A stretch of 62,857 nt of DNA, the filler included, from Atractiella rhizophila (Eukaryota), in NCBI GenBank assembly GCA_021432655.1. It is 17 parts of 16 records of this genome, joined end to end, with 100 filler letters (N's around TTAATTAATTAA, not from the genome) between each part and the next. Parts side by side here need not be neighbours in the genome. Positions count along the whole stretch, not along the records: positions 49,982 to 54,165 come from MU272479.1; positions 54,266 to 58,428 come from MU272480.1; positions 58,529 to 60,541 come from MU272481.1; positions 60,642 to 61,681 come from MU272481.1; positions 61,782 to 62,857 come from MU272517.1; 12 more parts are not named here. One strand, written 5' to 3'. The position numbers and the translations under genes were made by a program. Under the pieces are notes generated by a model. It did not search any database. It worked only from the letters and a program-made list of their open reading frames with translations, and had not been told where the DNA came from. Of this stretch, positions 50,773-62,857 are shown piece after piece (within the stretch, counting starts at the first letter, position 1; the number at the start of each line of letters is the position of its first letter).

Positions 50773-52768
50773 TCAAGGATGGGTGATTGAAATGGCGGTG
50801 TTGGGAAACCGAATATTTCTGCGAGTGACCCGTGCTGCAAGGTACAAGTGCTTGCACACTGCCCCATCTTCCAGGAAGTAAGGGCAGCTACAACCTTCGA
50901 GCTCCGATGCAGAATTGATTGTCAGCGAGTAATATGTCTGAAGATCATTGAAAGATTGAACAAGAATGTGCACATCACTTTCATTCACATGTGACTGTAC
51001 CATTTTCTCCGCATCCAAGATGTCCAGTGCATAAGCAAGTGCATAATCCGTAGCATTCACTGCAAAGATAATTGACCCAGGGAATCGATCTTGTGCTCCA
51101 TAATGCTATCATCTCATGCCATCTCCTTTCAAACTCCTCCTCTTCCTCCATGTTCATGACTGCAATGAAGTCCTGAACAGCTGCCTCCCGAAGCCTCTTG
51201 TTCTTCTTCCTTTGATTTGCCAGGTTTTCGCCTGCTTCACGCTTGCCTGCAGAGATTTTCCTATCCGCTTGATTTGTGAGGGCTCGGAGGAGATGCCAAA
51301 GGCAATACAGAATGGTGACCCACGGTGCCGCAGTTGTGATCGCGAGAGCTTCTGTGTCGGAGCAGTCAATAAGGACCCGCTCCAGGATGGTTTTCCATTC
51401 AGGGATGTGTTGAAGAAGAAGGGAGAGCCACAGCATGACTGGATAGTGATCTTCGGAGGTCGTCATCATGAATGCGACGGGAACTCCTCGTCCTGTCTTT
51501 TGATTCTTCACAATGAGGGTGTAGAGGAATCCAGTAGGCTTCTTTCTAGGTTTGAACTGGTTTTCTTCGTCTTGATGGTCATTTCCCTCCTCTGCTCCTT
51601 CCTCTGATCCTGCAGATTGCTCGCGCGTCCATGTGAAGAACGTATTGTGTGTGGAATCCATGCAAACCATCTTCCCATATCTTTTGAGCATTTCTTGCTG
51701 CCATGGCGAGGAGATTGCAAACATGATAGAATCCACAGAACCATCGGAAACGTAGACTGGGTTCTGTGCTAAGAAGCAAAGGTAGCCGGCTGTATCTAGT
51801 TTCTCCTTTCATTTCTCAAGACTCTTGAATCCATTTGCATCCAACTGACTCTTTGCGCGTACTTTCTTCATGATCCTATTATAAACATCGGCACGCTTGA
51901 TTCTGAAGGCTTCGGGAATTTCAAACTCGTTGCACAAGTTCTTATCAACTAGAAAAGATTCCTTGTCATCCTGACGGCTCAAATCCACGTTTCAGAGACT
52001 ATCCGTCGACTGGCGCAGAAGGGCATGGACTGCAGGCCATTCCATCCCCCTTTCAATCTTATCGTCAAGCCATTTTGCAAGTGGCAGAGGCATTCTGGAT
52101 TGCTGAAAGTCCATAATAGAATGGGGGTCATGTCCGGTGTGGATATCTTCGATTGTGATGCTGATGATAGGCTGATTGAGGAGCTTCGCAACCCTTAGCT
52201 TGGCTGTACAGCCAATCTGAATAGAAGGCTTCTGAGGAATGCGTTGTGTGGCAGTGGGGCGATTTGAGGGACGTTGCCTTCCGCGGTCACAGTAATAATA
52301 TTCGACCCACTCAAACAGCTTCTTTCGACCACCTTGTATGCCCATTAATGTCTATTTTCAGCTGCAGTTGTTTTACTCACGCCTATTCATCCCAAACACT
52401 TCAGTGTCAGCCTCGGCTCCACTCTCATCTCCTGCAACTGCTCCAGTGCCTTCTGCCAACAATTTGTCCACCTTCTTTCGAGATCTGGTTTTGTTTGCAG
52501 GAGTCTTCTCGTTTATACGGTTCTTAATTCTCCATTGGGTCTTCCCCCCTTGTAGTTCATGTTCCCTAAAGGCTTCTAAATCCTCCTCCGGTATTTGCAG
52601 CTCCTCCTTCCTCTGTTTCTTTACAACCGTGTCCTCTTCCTCTTCGCCCTCCTTTTCCCGCACTCGCTTAGGCTCACCAATCTTGGGGTGTAGGTTTACA
52701 ATGCGGGTGCTTCTCAATTTATCAGGATTCTGAGAGGCAGGATTTTCTTGTCTTGACACGGCAGACAT
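50773..52768 (-). mobile_element. Mutator/MULE transposase with FAR1/GCM-like DNA-binding domain and SWIM finger, internally deleted
   Basis: YYYCDRG...SIQIGCTAKL...HTGHDP; VCMDSTHN (first D); LIDCSDTE (second D); LYCLWHLLRA (CxxH); SWIM CSCPYFLEDGAVCKHLY. The segment carrying the catalytic E is missing near 51060. Confidence 0.88.
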
Positions 52769-53513
52769 AGGATTAGAAGAGCTAGAGTTGGCGGTAAGGG
52801 AGAGATATTGTTGTGATGCTTGCACTGTCATACAATCTGGAGGAGCATTTTGCACAAATATGGAACATATCACATTAACTGTTTGAGAAACTTCTAAGCA
52901 ATAGGGAGCAAAAAGGAACGTGAGCAAGAAAAGCGGGATCTGCGTAACCGTTCCAGCGGTCGGAAGCTGTGAACCAGATGAATTGATTGGGACACTTTAA
53001 TTTTTTCGAAAAAAACGACGGACGGGACGGTGAAGAGCCCAAAATCTCGACTCCGACGCTCAGTCGTCCGGCCTCTCCTCCACTTCGAGCTCTCTCGCGC
53101 CGGAGGAGCCGAAGCCTAAACGGAGACCTCGAAGGCATAGGAAGATTTGGGAGCCTGTGGGTGGCCATGCGCTTGCGACGGCTGATGGTGCGTTTGCGAG
53201 TTCTGCGGGTGGAGGTTTGGGCGGTTTGGGTGGGAAGGAGGCGGTGAGATGGAGAGGAAGGGGTAAGAGGGGTGGGGCTGGTAGTCCTTGGAGCAGAGGA
53301 CGAGCACTAGGACGAGGAAGCGGAGGGAAGAGGCTGAAGTGAAGGAGAGGAGAGCAAGGGAGAGAAAGAGGGTGAGCGAAAGAGGATTTTCACCTTCTTT
53401 CTGGTGTTTCGTGTCGTATCGCACCTTCTAGAAGTGTTTTTTAGACACCGCAGTATAAGCGTCAAGATTTCCTTCTTTCATCTACAAGCTGAAAGGCCCT
53501 CGTCCCTTGGGGA

Positions 53514-53708
53514 GAAGTCACTGACTCAGTTGTGCAACAATTTTTTTCGTGTTTCAAATTGTCTTTGCTGTATACGCTTCGAAAGGCACCGACACGCGTA
53601 TTCCGGTAGTATCCTCAGAATTCTGAAAGGGTTGTTGTGGGCGGTGATATAAGGGCTCAAAAGTACGAGCGTGAGTCATGGTCAAAACCTGTCGTGCTTT
53701 TCTCTAGA
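53514..53708 (-). mobile_element. Helitron-type 5' terminal region, copy 3 (single unit)
   Basis: Minus strand reads A|TCTAGAGAAAAGCACGACAGGTTTTGACCATGACTCAC..., homologous to the 17991 and 21347 copies. Confidence 0.65.
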
Positions 53709-54265
53709 TATGCAAGTAGTTCGGTGACAAGGAATGGTGAGTATGATTGCTAGTAGAATCGGGATGCGAACAAGGTGAACCTGGCTACTTTGCATCAGGC
53801 TTTGCTGGTGCATAGACTCCGAAGACTGGATCAGTCGTCCATATAATCTGATCCGTAGTCATCTTTGCCAATCCATCCTTAATCCAACTTAATCCCTCGA
53901 GGCGACCAGTTTGAAAACTTGTCGATCAGTTTTAACTCCGATGGACTCCGCCTGGGGGCGACAGTTCATTTGCCCAATACAGTCATTTGCAAAATTGTCG
54001 TTTGTCATGCCGGCCGCCTTCCGCGTTGCAAAGCGGCGTAGGCTAGCGCTTCTGGTCATGCGTCAACACTCAACCAGTCCAACAACCACCTTTTGACATG
54101 TCTTTCAGGCAAATTCCTATGTTCTAATGTGTGCCCTAGGATGTGTGTTCTCATTCCTACCTATTNNNNNNNNNNNNNNNNNNNNNNNNNNNNNNNNNNN
54201 NNNNNNNNNTTAATTAATTAANNNNNNNNNNNNNNNNNNNNNNNNNNNNNNNNNNNNNNNNNNNN

Positions 54266-55570
54266 ACTCTCCGCGCTTACATGGGTACAAAAAAACATTG
54301 CTTCTTTTGGAGGAGACGTGCGTTCGTTTGCAGTGCTCAATTTCTCCGGCTGATGACATTTAAACTCTGAAGCCAACACGAGTAATGATCTTCGGTCAAT
54401 CTGCTGGAGCAATCAGTGTTGCGGCTCTCCTCACGACTCCCAAAGCGAAAGGACTCTTTTCCGCCGCCATGCTGGCCTCAGACGTCACCAGCAGTGCGTC
54501 TACAATCCTCTCAAACAAGTGCAACCTAACCGTGCTCTGGAGTGCAGACCCGCAGTTCGTTCCACCCTCCGTCGCTGCGCAATCTGGAGCCCAAGTCGCA
54601 AGTGCTCATGGCTGCGGTAACTTAACCAGCGCTGAAGAAACGAAATCTTGTCTCCTTAGCGTGTCGGCGGCTGCCTTCGCTTCCAACTTCATCAACTCCC
54701 GGTCGATGGTGCAAGATGGCGAGTATCTCCTTCATGACACGGTTCCTTTCGTCAAAGGAGAGCCATCCAATGATGTACCACTCATCTGGGGATTCATGAG
54801 GGACGACGGCGGCCCGTTCATTGGCTTTCCTGCTCCAGGATCAACTTTGGAAGACAATTTGGTCAGCTTTGGGTTCAATGACACCCAGATCGATAGCATT
54901 GTGGAAAGTGGAGCATTTCCGGTTCCCAGTGAGGGAACTAACAGCACACTGAACATGTTCAACACAACGGCGAGGATAGAGACTGATCTTCTAGTGAGGT
55001 GCGCTAATCAAGCTTCGGCTCATGCAGCGACCCAAAGGCAAGCATTCCAGAAGATTTACGTATACGAAATCTGGAGAGCGTACCAAATTGTTCAATGGAG
55101 CCCCAATCCTCCGACTTGCGAGGCACCGCGAACGAAGGAGCATCCGCTTGGGTACGGCTCAATGTTTGCACAACTTAGCAGCTCACTGATCATCTGATGT
55201 GAGCAGGGACACTTCCCTCCCCTATTTTAGGTGCCACTCCGGGGAACTTTTCTACCTATTTTCTAGCTTCTCCCAGTTTGCGGATGTCTCCTACAGGGAT
55301 GAAACTGATCTCTACTTCTCCCAACATGTCCTAGACAGCCTCGCCTCTTTTGCGTGGAATCACGATCCGAATCCCACAGTTTCATACTTGGAAGGAAGAA
55401 ATTACATCGATTCTGCCAAGATTGCCAGGAATAATCCAAACTGGAAACCTGTTGGAGCCACTGCTGGTCAGCAAGTTAGAGAATGGGATTATCCGACCAG
55501 TAGACAGGTGGATTGGAGAGACACTAAACAATGCAATGTGCTCGCTTTGCCACTCAATTTCTATTTGTAA
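54266..55570 (+). CDS. Type-B carboxylesterase (alpha/beta hydrolase), 3' part
   Basis: ALTWVQKNIASFGGD, IFGQSAGA nucleophile elbow, PLIWGFMRDDG, CHSGELFYLF (catalytic His), FAWNHDPN. Confidence 0.92.
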
Positions 55571-55865
55571 AGATGACTCGTCGTGCAAATATAATTGCCT
55601 CCAGCAACTCGAAACTCTGCTAACGCTGCAACCGTTGTCAAAGATGGAATTCGCACAGAGAAAACTTCACGATGTGGGGTAGGAAGCTTCAATATCCGAG
55701 TATTTCGGTTTGGCGCAGGTAACGTTTCGAGAAGGATCGTGATCGAGAAGTTCTGACGAAGTCATTTCATTCCACTTGAAGAAGAAGATAGGATCTAGGC
55801 ACTACTCGTTTCTCCAGTCGCGTCGCAAAACCCTATTACATTGAAAGGGAGAAACGCCAAGAAAT

Positions 55866-58245
55866 ATGCCCGTAAACTTCAGACCATTGCAGCGCAACCT
55901 GTCGCGAGGTGAACGACTCAACTTGGAATCACCAGCTGTGGTCTTGGAGGATCTACGTCCAAACATAGACATACCTGAGGTCAAACTGCCACCCGAGCTA
56001 ACGACGTATACTGCAGCGGACTGGAAGAATGAGAACTCGATTAAAACCTGGATGGACGAGCTGTATCGCGTGAGTAATTCACAGTTGATTGAGCATCATG
56101 AATGAAGAGACGGTGCTCCAGGTCGTGCGCAAGGAAAAGTCCAGATACAGCAAAGGTGATACACGAATGCAGTCGTCAGAGAATCCGTCGACCAGGACGG
56201 AATCTTGGTCCACCATGAGATCAACCCTCCTGTGAAGGCGTACTCGAACATATCGCTGGTATTAGAACTCAGAGACCATCTCCAGAGTGCTACTTCAGAT
56301 GGGATCACACAACTAGCACGGAACGCCGCCTACACTCTCGGGGCGAGACCTCGCTGTTTTGTCTGGACTCTGTTCATTGATACAGCTAGAGATAAACATT
56401 ACTCTTGGGTTAATAGTATGCGTGGTAGGCACTTTCAGGGAAAACCAAAACGGCTCAAAGACCACTTCAAAGAAGCCGCACAGACCATCGCACGGTTTGC
56501 AAAAGCGAGAGAGGAACAGATCAGATTTCTCAACATCTTTGATCACGACCCAGCGTGGCACTTCACCTGGGAGGCAGGCAATCGGTCTCGAACTGAGGAG
56601 CTGGCCTTCACGAACCACTCTTCCGACTCAAGTTCCCGCGTCAGGTCGCCTAACGTCCCCTTGCCTTCAGTCGACCCAGCGTCCGCATCTACAACCACGC
56701 CGTCGTCCACTATGCTGCTTCCTTCTCAATTCGTTCCAAGTCCCAATCACAAATTTAAACTGGACCTAAACGGATGTTTGAGCGAATGGCATGTTGTCGG
56801 CGATAGCTCCGAGTTCAAGGTGAACTGAGTCCAGGAAATTCTATTTCGTTCTTATTCCATTGCCGGCAGCGGGACGCAAGTTTAGATATACGAGCTAGAA
56901 GAGAGAGAGCACGGCGTCATTAAACATGGGTGGCTGACGGAGGACCTGTTGGAAAGGTTGGAGGAGCACGTCAAGCTTTTTGATTATTGGAGGGGTCTTT
57001 GGAAGGACCAACCGCCACAAAAGTTTGATAGATCGTCAGCGGATGCGACAGATTTAGAATAGCTACGACACGCTCCTCGTCTCATTCTTTCTCAGCCCAA
57101 TCTGTCAACCAGAAAATCCTCTCCAAAAATGCTCACTGGACTGACGTCGATGTTTCGGAGGTCATGGAGACAGACCTAATTCTCGTCCTCATCTACCATT
57201 CTACGCCCGGCCTCCCTCTTTCTTCAGCTAAACGTCTTGACGATGTGCTCGACGCGTTCAAAGGTGTCTTAAAGCGTATGTGATCTTTGTTTGTTCTGGG
57301 GCTTGCGTTGATCTGTTGGCAGAATTAGCGATGTTAAATGATCACAACTTTATCCATCGGGATGTTTCCTATGCCAACATCTTTATTCGCGAATTTCAGA
57401 CGAACGCGAATGGCGGGAATGGTCCAGTTGTCGGATAGCTGAATGATTTCGACTTCTCGATACGACAGGAGAAGAACAAGGGAGAACATCCTTCAAAGCC
57501 ACATCCACTTTCAGTGAGTAGCCTGCCCTACCCCTATATGTTTGTTCTTGACCTTGACCTTTCATTAAGGGGACCTTCATCTTCCTGTCTCGATGCGTAC
57601 TGAACGCGTTGAGGAACGAGGAGGCTATGTACGAGCAGTCAGTTATGGATGACATCGAGTCCGTAATCTACTGCGTTATCTACTTTTTCTGCAATTTCTA
57701 TCCGGATGCTGAAGGCAGGCTCTTGAGGCGAGATTGGAGCCCAAGCTGGACAGGCCAACAGGAGAAGGGTCTGGAAGGACCTTCAGTGGTTCCAAGGAAC
57801 CGGAACAGACTGCCTAGGGGAATAAACTATCCTCCACACATCAGAGCGTCAAACCCGCGAAGGAACGATCCTCAACGATACATAGCGTCGAATCCGTTCC
57901 CCAGGACATCGACTATCCACTCCAACCATGGTTGGCTCGGAGAAGTGCCTTTTGCGAGAAATTACTTCTTCTCGACAATTTGGAGTCAATCAACGTGGGA
58001 GTCTTTGCGAAACATCTGGAGGAATATCTGGTCGACGATGGGGCTTGGAACCGAGAGCACGTGTCGCACCTACTTTGGGAACTCACTCGGCCAATTCAAG
58101 TTGACAGGTTAGATATTCAGAAGGGCAAGAATTTGGGCTGGCCTCTTTCCGGATGGATGCGATGAAAAAGCAGTAGTTAAAAACATTGTTGGAAAGATGG
58201 TGGACGTTTTGGAGCGGGGAAAGAAGAGATTTAACGGGAAGCTGT
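55866..58245 (+). pseudogene. Fungal-specific FunK1-like protein kinase, probably inactivated
   Basis: FIHRDVSYANIF, G*LNDFDFS (in-frame TAG at 57436-57438), GTFIFLSRCVL and DDIESVIYCVIY. Frameshifts toward the 3' end. Confidence 0.75.
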
Positions 58246-58730
58246 AAGCTGCCTTTGTCTCCATCAACTGAACGAGATATAATGTCCACACCAGCGATCC
58301 CTCTGAAGAGTTCGACCTTAAACCTGCCTAGTGAGAGCACAGTTGCAACCCGAAACAGGCTCTGCATTCCCTTTTTCCCATGTGGTTGTTCTCATTGCAC
58401 TTGTAGAATTGGAGTCCTGCAACATTGCNNNNNNNNNNNNNNNNNNNNNNNNNNNNNNNNNNNNNNNNNNNNTTAATTAATTAANNNNNNNNNNNNNNNN
58501 NNNNNNNNNNNNNNNNNNNNNNNNNNNNCCACTCTGTAACCGAATTGTATACACTTCCGTCTCACCACAATCGTAACCATCCCCTTTACCACGTTTTGCC
58601 TCCAGAGGAGATAGTGTCAAAGTCGAAGGGCATCGTAAGGGCTTTTAGGTGCGACCATACCGCGTTGAACATTCTGCATCCCGTCCGATCTGCAAAGACA
58701 AGCAACGCAGGGCCCAGTCAGTAGTGCGGT

Positions 58731-58750
58731 GGGTTAGGGTTAGGGTTAGG
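58731..58750 (+). repeat. Short interstitial telomere-like (TTAGGG) tract
   Basis: GGGTTAGGGTTAGGGTTAGG. Confidence 0.7.
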
Positions 58751-59190
58751 TGAGAGTAGACACCCGTAATACACACAGACAGCATTCTCCTCACAAACCG
58801 AATCTCCTCATACCTCTTCAAGGAACTAAATAAGCCTCCCCCTCCCCCCCATCCATCATTGTCCATATCCCTCTTCGATAAACTTTGGGAAATCGAATCA
58901 CTTCGACATAGGAAACCTTAACGACATTGGACTCTAACAGTGCATGCAGAAGGATTTGGTGCGAACAGGGTTGAAGATTCCTTGCAATTGTCGAGCGTGA
59001 GGTGTTGGGCATGAAGGAGGAGAGATTTGTGAGATGTGATACGATGAATAGAGCTAGGGGATGGATGATTGACGGTGTCCTATATGAACCCGCATCATTT
59101 CAATTCTGCGTTAGATGGAGACATGGATATGAACTTTGCACCTTCTTCTCTTTCTTCTCTAGAACACAGATGAAATCTGTACATCCAGCA

Positions 59191-60471
59191 TCACTCCTCC
59201 CCTCCCTCCAGAACCCATGTACTTTTATCCCGCTGGCTCACACCAAACTCTCTCAATGTGCTCCTAGCTTTGAATATCTCTTCCTCAAGCCACCCTCCAA
59301 AGAATAGCTGAACACTCAACTCGCGTCCTCTCGTCGTCTTCACCTTTTCAGCACCATCCACCGCATCCCTCTCCTCCTTCACCCCCCTGTCCCCAAAGAA
59401 CCAGCAGATGAAATCTGAGAATACGAACCCAGTGAATGCCCAGTCCACCACACAGTACCGAACATCTACATAACCTATCGCTTTTGCATTTGTGAGGGTG
59501 TGGAAGAACGCGGGGGAAACAAGGTTTGAAGTTTCCTCACCACCGTCGAGCTGGAGTCTGGTGAGATGGTCGAGGAGTGATAGGCCGAGCGGAGTGGGTA
59601 GGATGGAGGTCTTTCCATCAGGCGAGTAGGAGGCGAGCTTGATCTTGAGACATTCTAGGAGAGGTGGCAGACAGGAGCCTGAGACAGAGGGAGGGAGGGG
59701 ACACAGATTGGAGAGACGCAAACCAGTGAGGGTGAGTGGGAGAGAGAGCGATTGGAGAGGCGGGTATTTGTAAAGCGTTAGGATTTTGAGGTCAGATGAC
59801 AATTGAAGGCCTAGTGGTGGCGACGAGGCAGAGTCCTCGACGTCGAAAGCACGGAAGGTTCTGATCCTGTCACCCATCCTCTGCATAAAATTCTCGACCT
59901 CATCCTTCTTCCACTTTCTCGAACCTCCCCTTCCAAAGGTTACATAATCCAACTTCGTCAAGCCTTCAATTGCATGCAACACAATCTTCGCCTCCTCTTC
60001 ATTCCACAATGCATTCATCCCCAAATACCTAACGTTCGGTGCGCCGGCGATGACGTCTTTCGCCATCTCAACGCTGATGTCATCGTCCTCACTCACAAAC
60101 GAGAGGTGTGTCCACAAACGCCCGGCATTAGGATAAGCTGTCAAACGAGCATGCATCTCCTTCACAGAACCATTTTCACGATACAGATAAGGGACTGAAA
60201 CAGCCTTCCAAAGCTGACAGACGGCAGAAAGTCGCTCGAAGGAAACGAGATATTCAGATTCAGATTCATCGAATGAAAGAAACTCGAAGATGAGTGAGAG
60301 GATCTCAGTAGGAAGGTGTGTGATACTGCATAAACTAATGCCTGTAGGTCGAGTTTTGGAGAGGGAGAGTTGGATGGTTGTCCCCAGACCGGTGGATGGG
60401 ATGGTTGATTCCTCCCATTCACTGAGAGGAATGAAACGCTGTTGCCCCTTGGAGTATGAGTATAGGGGCAA
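59191..60471 (-). CDS. F-box protein with degenerate LRR-like C-terminus (start uncertain)
   Basis: 426-aa uninterrupted ORF with ITHLPTEILSLIFEFL...LSAVCQLWKAVSVPYLY and LxxLxL repeats. Confidence 0.8.
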   Translation of the reverse strand: MPLYSYSKGQQRFIPLSEWEESTIPSTGLGTTIQLSLSKTRPTGISLCSITHLPTEILSLIFEFLSFDESESEYLVSFERLSAVCQLWKAVSVPYLYRENGSVKEMHARLTAYPNAGRLWTHLSFVSEDDDISVEMAKDVIAGAPNVRYLGMNALWNEEEAKIVLHAIEGLTKLDYVTFGRGGSRKWKKDEVENFMQRMGDRIRTFRAFDVEDSASSPPLGLQLSSDLKILTLYKYPPLQSLSLPLTLTGLRLSNLCPLPPSVSGSCLPPLLECLKIKLASYSPDGKTSILPTPLGLSLLDHLTRLQLDGGEETSNLVSPAFFHTLTNAKAIGYVDVRYCVVDWAFTGFVFSDFICWFFGDRGVKEERDAVDGAEKVKTTRGRELSVQLFFGGWLEEEIFKARSTLREFGVSQRDKSTWVLEGGEE

Positions 60472-61781
60472 CGGGGTCGAAGATGGCCTCAGAGCGATTA
60501 TCTGGAAGGTGAAACGTGCATGTGAAGGGCGGCTCGTCCAGNNNNNNNNNNNNNNNNNNNNNNNNNNNNNNNNNNNNNNNNNNNNTTAATTAATTAANNN
60601 NNNNNNNNNNNNNNNNNNNNNNNNNNNNNNNNNNNNNNNNNTCAGCGAAAAACATCGGTGATGTTCGAGTCAGGAGGGAAGGCAGAGGTGTAGGGGCCTA
60701 AGAGATGGGCCAACGCAGACTGTTTGTTGTGGTCCTGGACTAAACAGTCCCCCTTGCGATCCTCTTTCTCGATGACCCGTTACATCGTCGACCCCGATGT
60801 CACGAAGCAAGCGCCAGTGGAAGGTAATCCATGGAGTGCGAGCCGGAGTGGGACGGAAGATGCAGGATGAGGTGGGAGAGAGAATAAGGCATAGCAGGGT
60901 GAGAGATGCGAAGGAATGCGATCAGAGGTGCGAAGAAAGTGCGACGCATCCCTCCGACATCCACTTGTCATATACCCACCCTGCTACCCTCCATCCCAAG
61001 TCCACGTTCGACGGCCGACTTCTGAGCGCTCATGGCTTGATGCAACCCGTGAGGGGCAGCGGAGTGCGAAAGGACGTGGAGTGAGACTATCAGAAAAGGG
61101 GGCAGCGAAGGATCTAGTTTGCATGTCAGTTAGGACACTTGTGGCAAGGAAAGAGAGGGAGAAAGGGAATACACTGCCAGCAGAAAGGAAGGCCCTAACT
61201 AGGCTAGCATGCGAAAAAGGCGGAGGGGTTGGCGGAATGCGAAATGAAGGGCCAACCTTGGCGCTGAGGATATGTGTATGTGTAGCAAAAAGAGGAGGCA
61301 GAGGTCGAAAAGGAGTAGAAGAGACGCCAGAACGGTCCTTCTCACGTCCTTCTGTGATCACCGACCGAATTCGTCCCCTATGTCCGCCAGTTTCAGCATT
61401 TGGGTTGATTTTAGATGCCTATTTTGCGAGAGAAGGTGGAAGGGATTGGTGGAGGGGGGAATAGCCAATAGTGAAGGGCCAGAGAAGGGCGAGGCGGCGA
61501 AAGACGGCGGCACCAGTGGCATGGGCGCATGGTAGGGACTTCTTTCTGACCTCCTTTCCGCCCCATCTGAGCCACAGCCCACCTTCTTCGCCATCAGCGC
61601 CCCTACTACGCTTCGCGGTTGACTTGCGATGCTACTGTGAAGCAAAGCTGGTTACAGTCGAGCGGCGGCTGAAGCGGGCTTNNNNNNNNNNNNNNNNNNN
61701 NNNNNNNNNNNNNNNNNNNNNNNNNTTAATTAATTAANNNNNNNNNNNNNNNNNNNNNNNNNNNNNNNNNNNNNNNNNNNN

Positions 61782-62857
61782 CATACAGGGGCAACTTCAT
61801 CAATGACCCCACACCACCAATTCTTCAAATCCTATCGAAACCATGTTGTACCCATCAGAGTTGCTAATGGAGAAGTGATCTGGTCAACTGGGATTGGAGA
61901 GGTGGTAATTGAGGCAAATTGGAGGATAAAAAATCGAAGAAGGTCACCATTCAAGATGTCCTACACGTTCCCAAGCTTTGTAGCAATCTGCTATCAGTTT
62001 CAAAGCTTACAATCTTCGAAGGTGTCACTGTAACCATCATTGGCAGCAGAGTACGCTTCCTCAAGGCTGGAAATCCCTGTTTCACAGCGACAGTTGATGA
62101 CAGGAGAGGAAGCATGAGTGCCATCATTGATGGAAGAACATTCATGGCCTCAGAATTCGTTGCACACGCCTCCACTACCCCTCTAAACGCTTCCCTGTGG
62201 CATAGAAGACTTGCCCACTTGAATCATGAAGATATAAAGCGAATGCTGAAGAAAAAACTTGTGAAGGGAATGATTCTGGACTCAGACCACGCTCCTGACC
62301 GCATCTGTGAGCCCTGCATCGCTGGGAAGCAGCACAGGATCTACAACAAGGCTGCAGAGAATAGGGAGACGGAAATTTTAGGGAGAATCAGCTCAGATCT
62401 TCATGGACCACTCCCAGTTGCTTCAAGAGAAGGATTTTGCTATTGGGTGACGTTTATAGACGAGGCAACAAACCATTGGACAATTGCTTTCCTCAGGAAG
62501 AAGTCAGAGGCACCTCAACGCTTTAAGGAATATAAGGAAATGATGGAGAACCTAACTGGGAAGAAGATCAAGCGGCTCAGAGAAGACAAAGAAGGAGCCT
62601 ATTCCTCAAAGGATTTTGATGAATATCTGCGAAACTGTGGCATCCAGCGCGAGCAAACGATTAGGAACTCTCCCCATCAAAATAGGAGAGTAGAGAGAGC
62701 AAACAGGACGATTCAAGAGGGTATGGTGGCGATACTGGAGGAATCTGGTTTGCCACTATTCCTCTCGCCCCACCTCGCTTCGGCTGTTGTTCACATCAGG
62801 AACAGATCCCCCTCTTCCTCCATCAATCACTCCATTCCCCACACGAAATTGACAGGA
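61782..62857 (+). mobile_element. Ty1/copia pol fragment: protease, GAG-pre-integrase, integrase core
   Basis: TGATSSMTP, IRVANGE, LWHRRLAHLN, CEPCIAGKQHR, SDLHGPLPV, YWVTFIDEAT, PHQNRRVERANRTI. Frameshift near 61920-61945. Confidence 0.93.

Noticed and set aside
60642..61681. Several overlapping ORFs on a 1-kb piece
   Set aside because: Low-complexity translations in multiple frames with no motif or consistent splice structure.

Overview
Eukaryotic DNA from a fungus, most likely a basidiomycete: introns are short (about 45-60 nt) and the transposon and gene families are typical of that group. The window is not one locus. It is 17 contig pieces, mostly about 4.2-4.3 kb and in descending size order, joined by 16 artificial 100-nt linkers (44 N + TTAATTAATTAA + 44 N), so neighbourhood across a linker means nothing. 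Host genes, mostly cut by contig ends, are XRN1, PEP7/VAC1 (complete), VPS8, SGT2, an O-fucosyltransferase-like (CigA-type) gene, an ABCC transporter, a type-B carboxylesterase, an F-box protein, a decayed FunK1-like kinase and a DUF6532 gene. Much of the rest is nested, decayed transposons: Helitron helicases and termini, Ty1/copia, a hAT-like end, a MULE, a Plavaka and a CMC-like transposase. The most interesting signal is a 668-nt first intron in PEP7, about ten times the local norm, packed with nested helices whose G-U pairs favour the host-gene strand; it is a candidate unannotated intron-encoded structured RNA. Next is a Helitron family (TC...AAAGCACG start, hairpin + CTTG end) with inward-pointing tRNA-like Pol III boxes near both ends, one copy of which appears to enclose a MULE transposase missing its catalytic Glu segment. 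All family assignments come from motif recognition by eye, not database searches.
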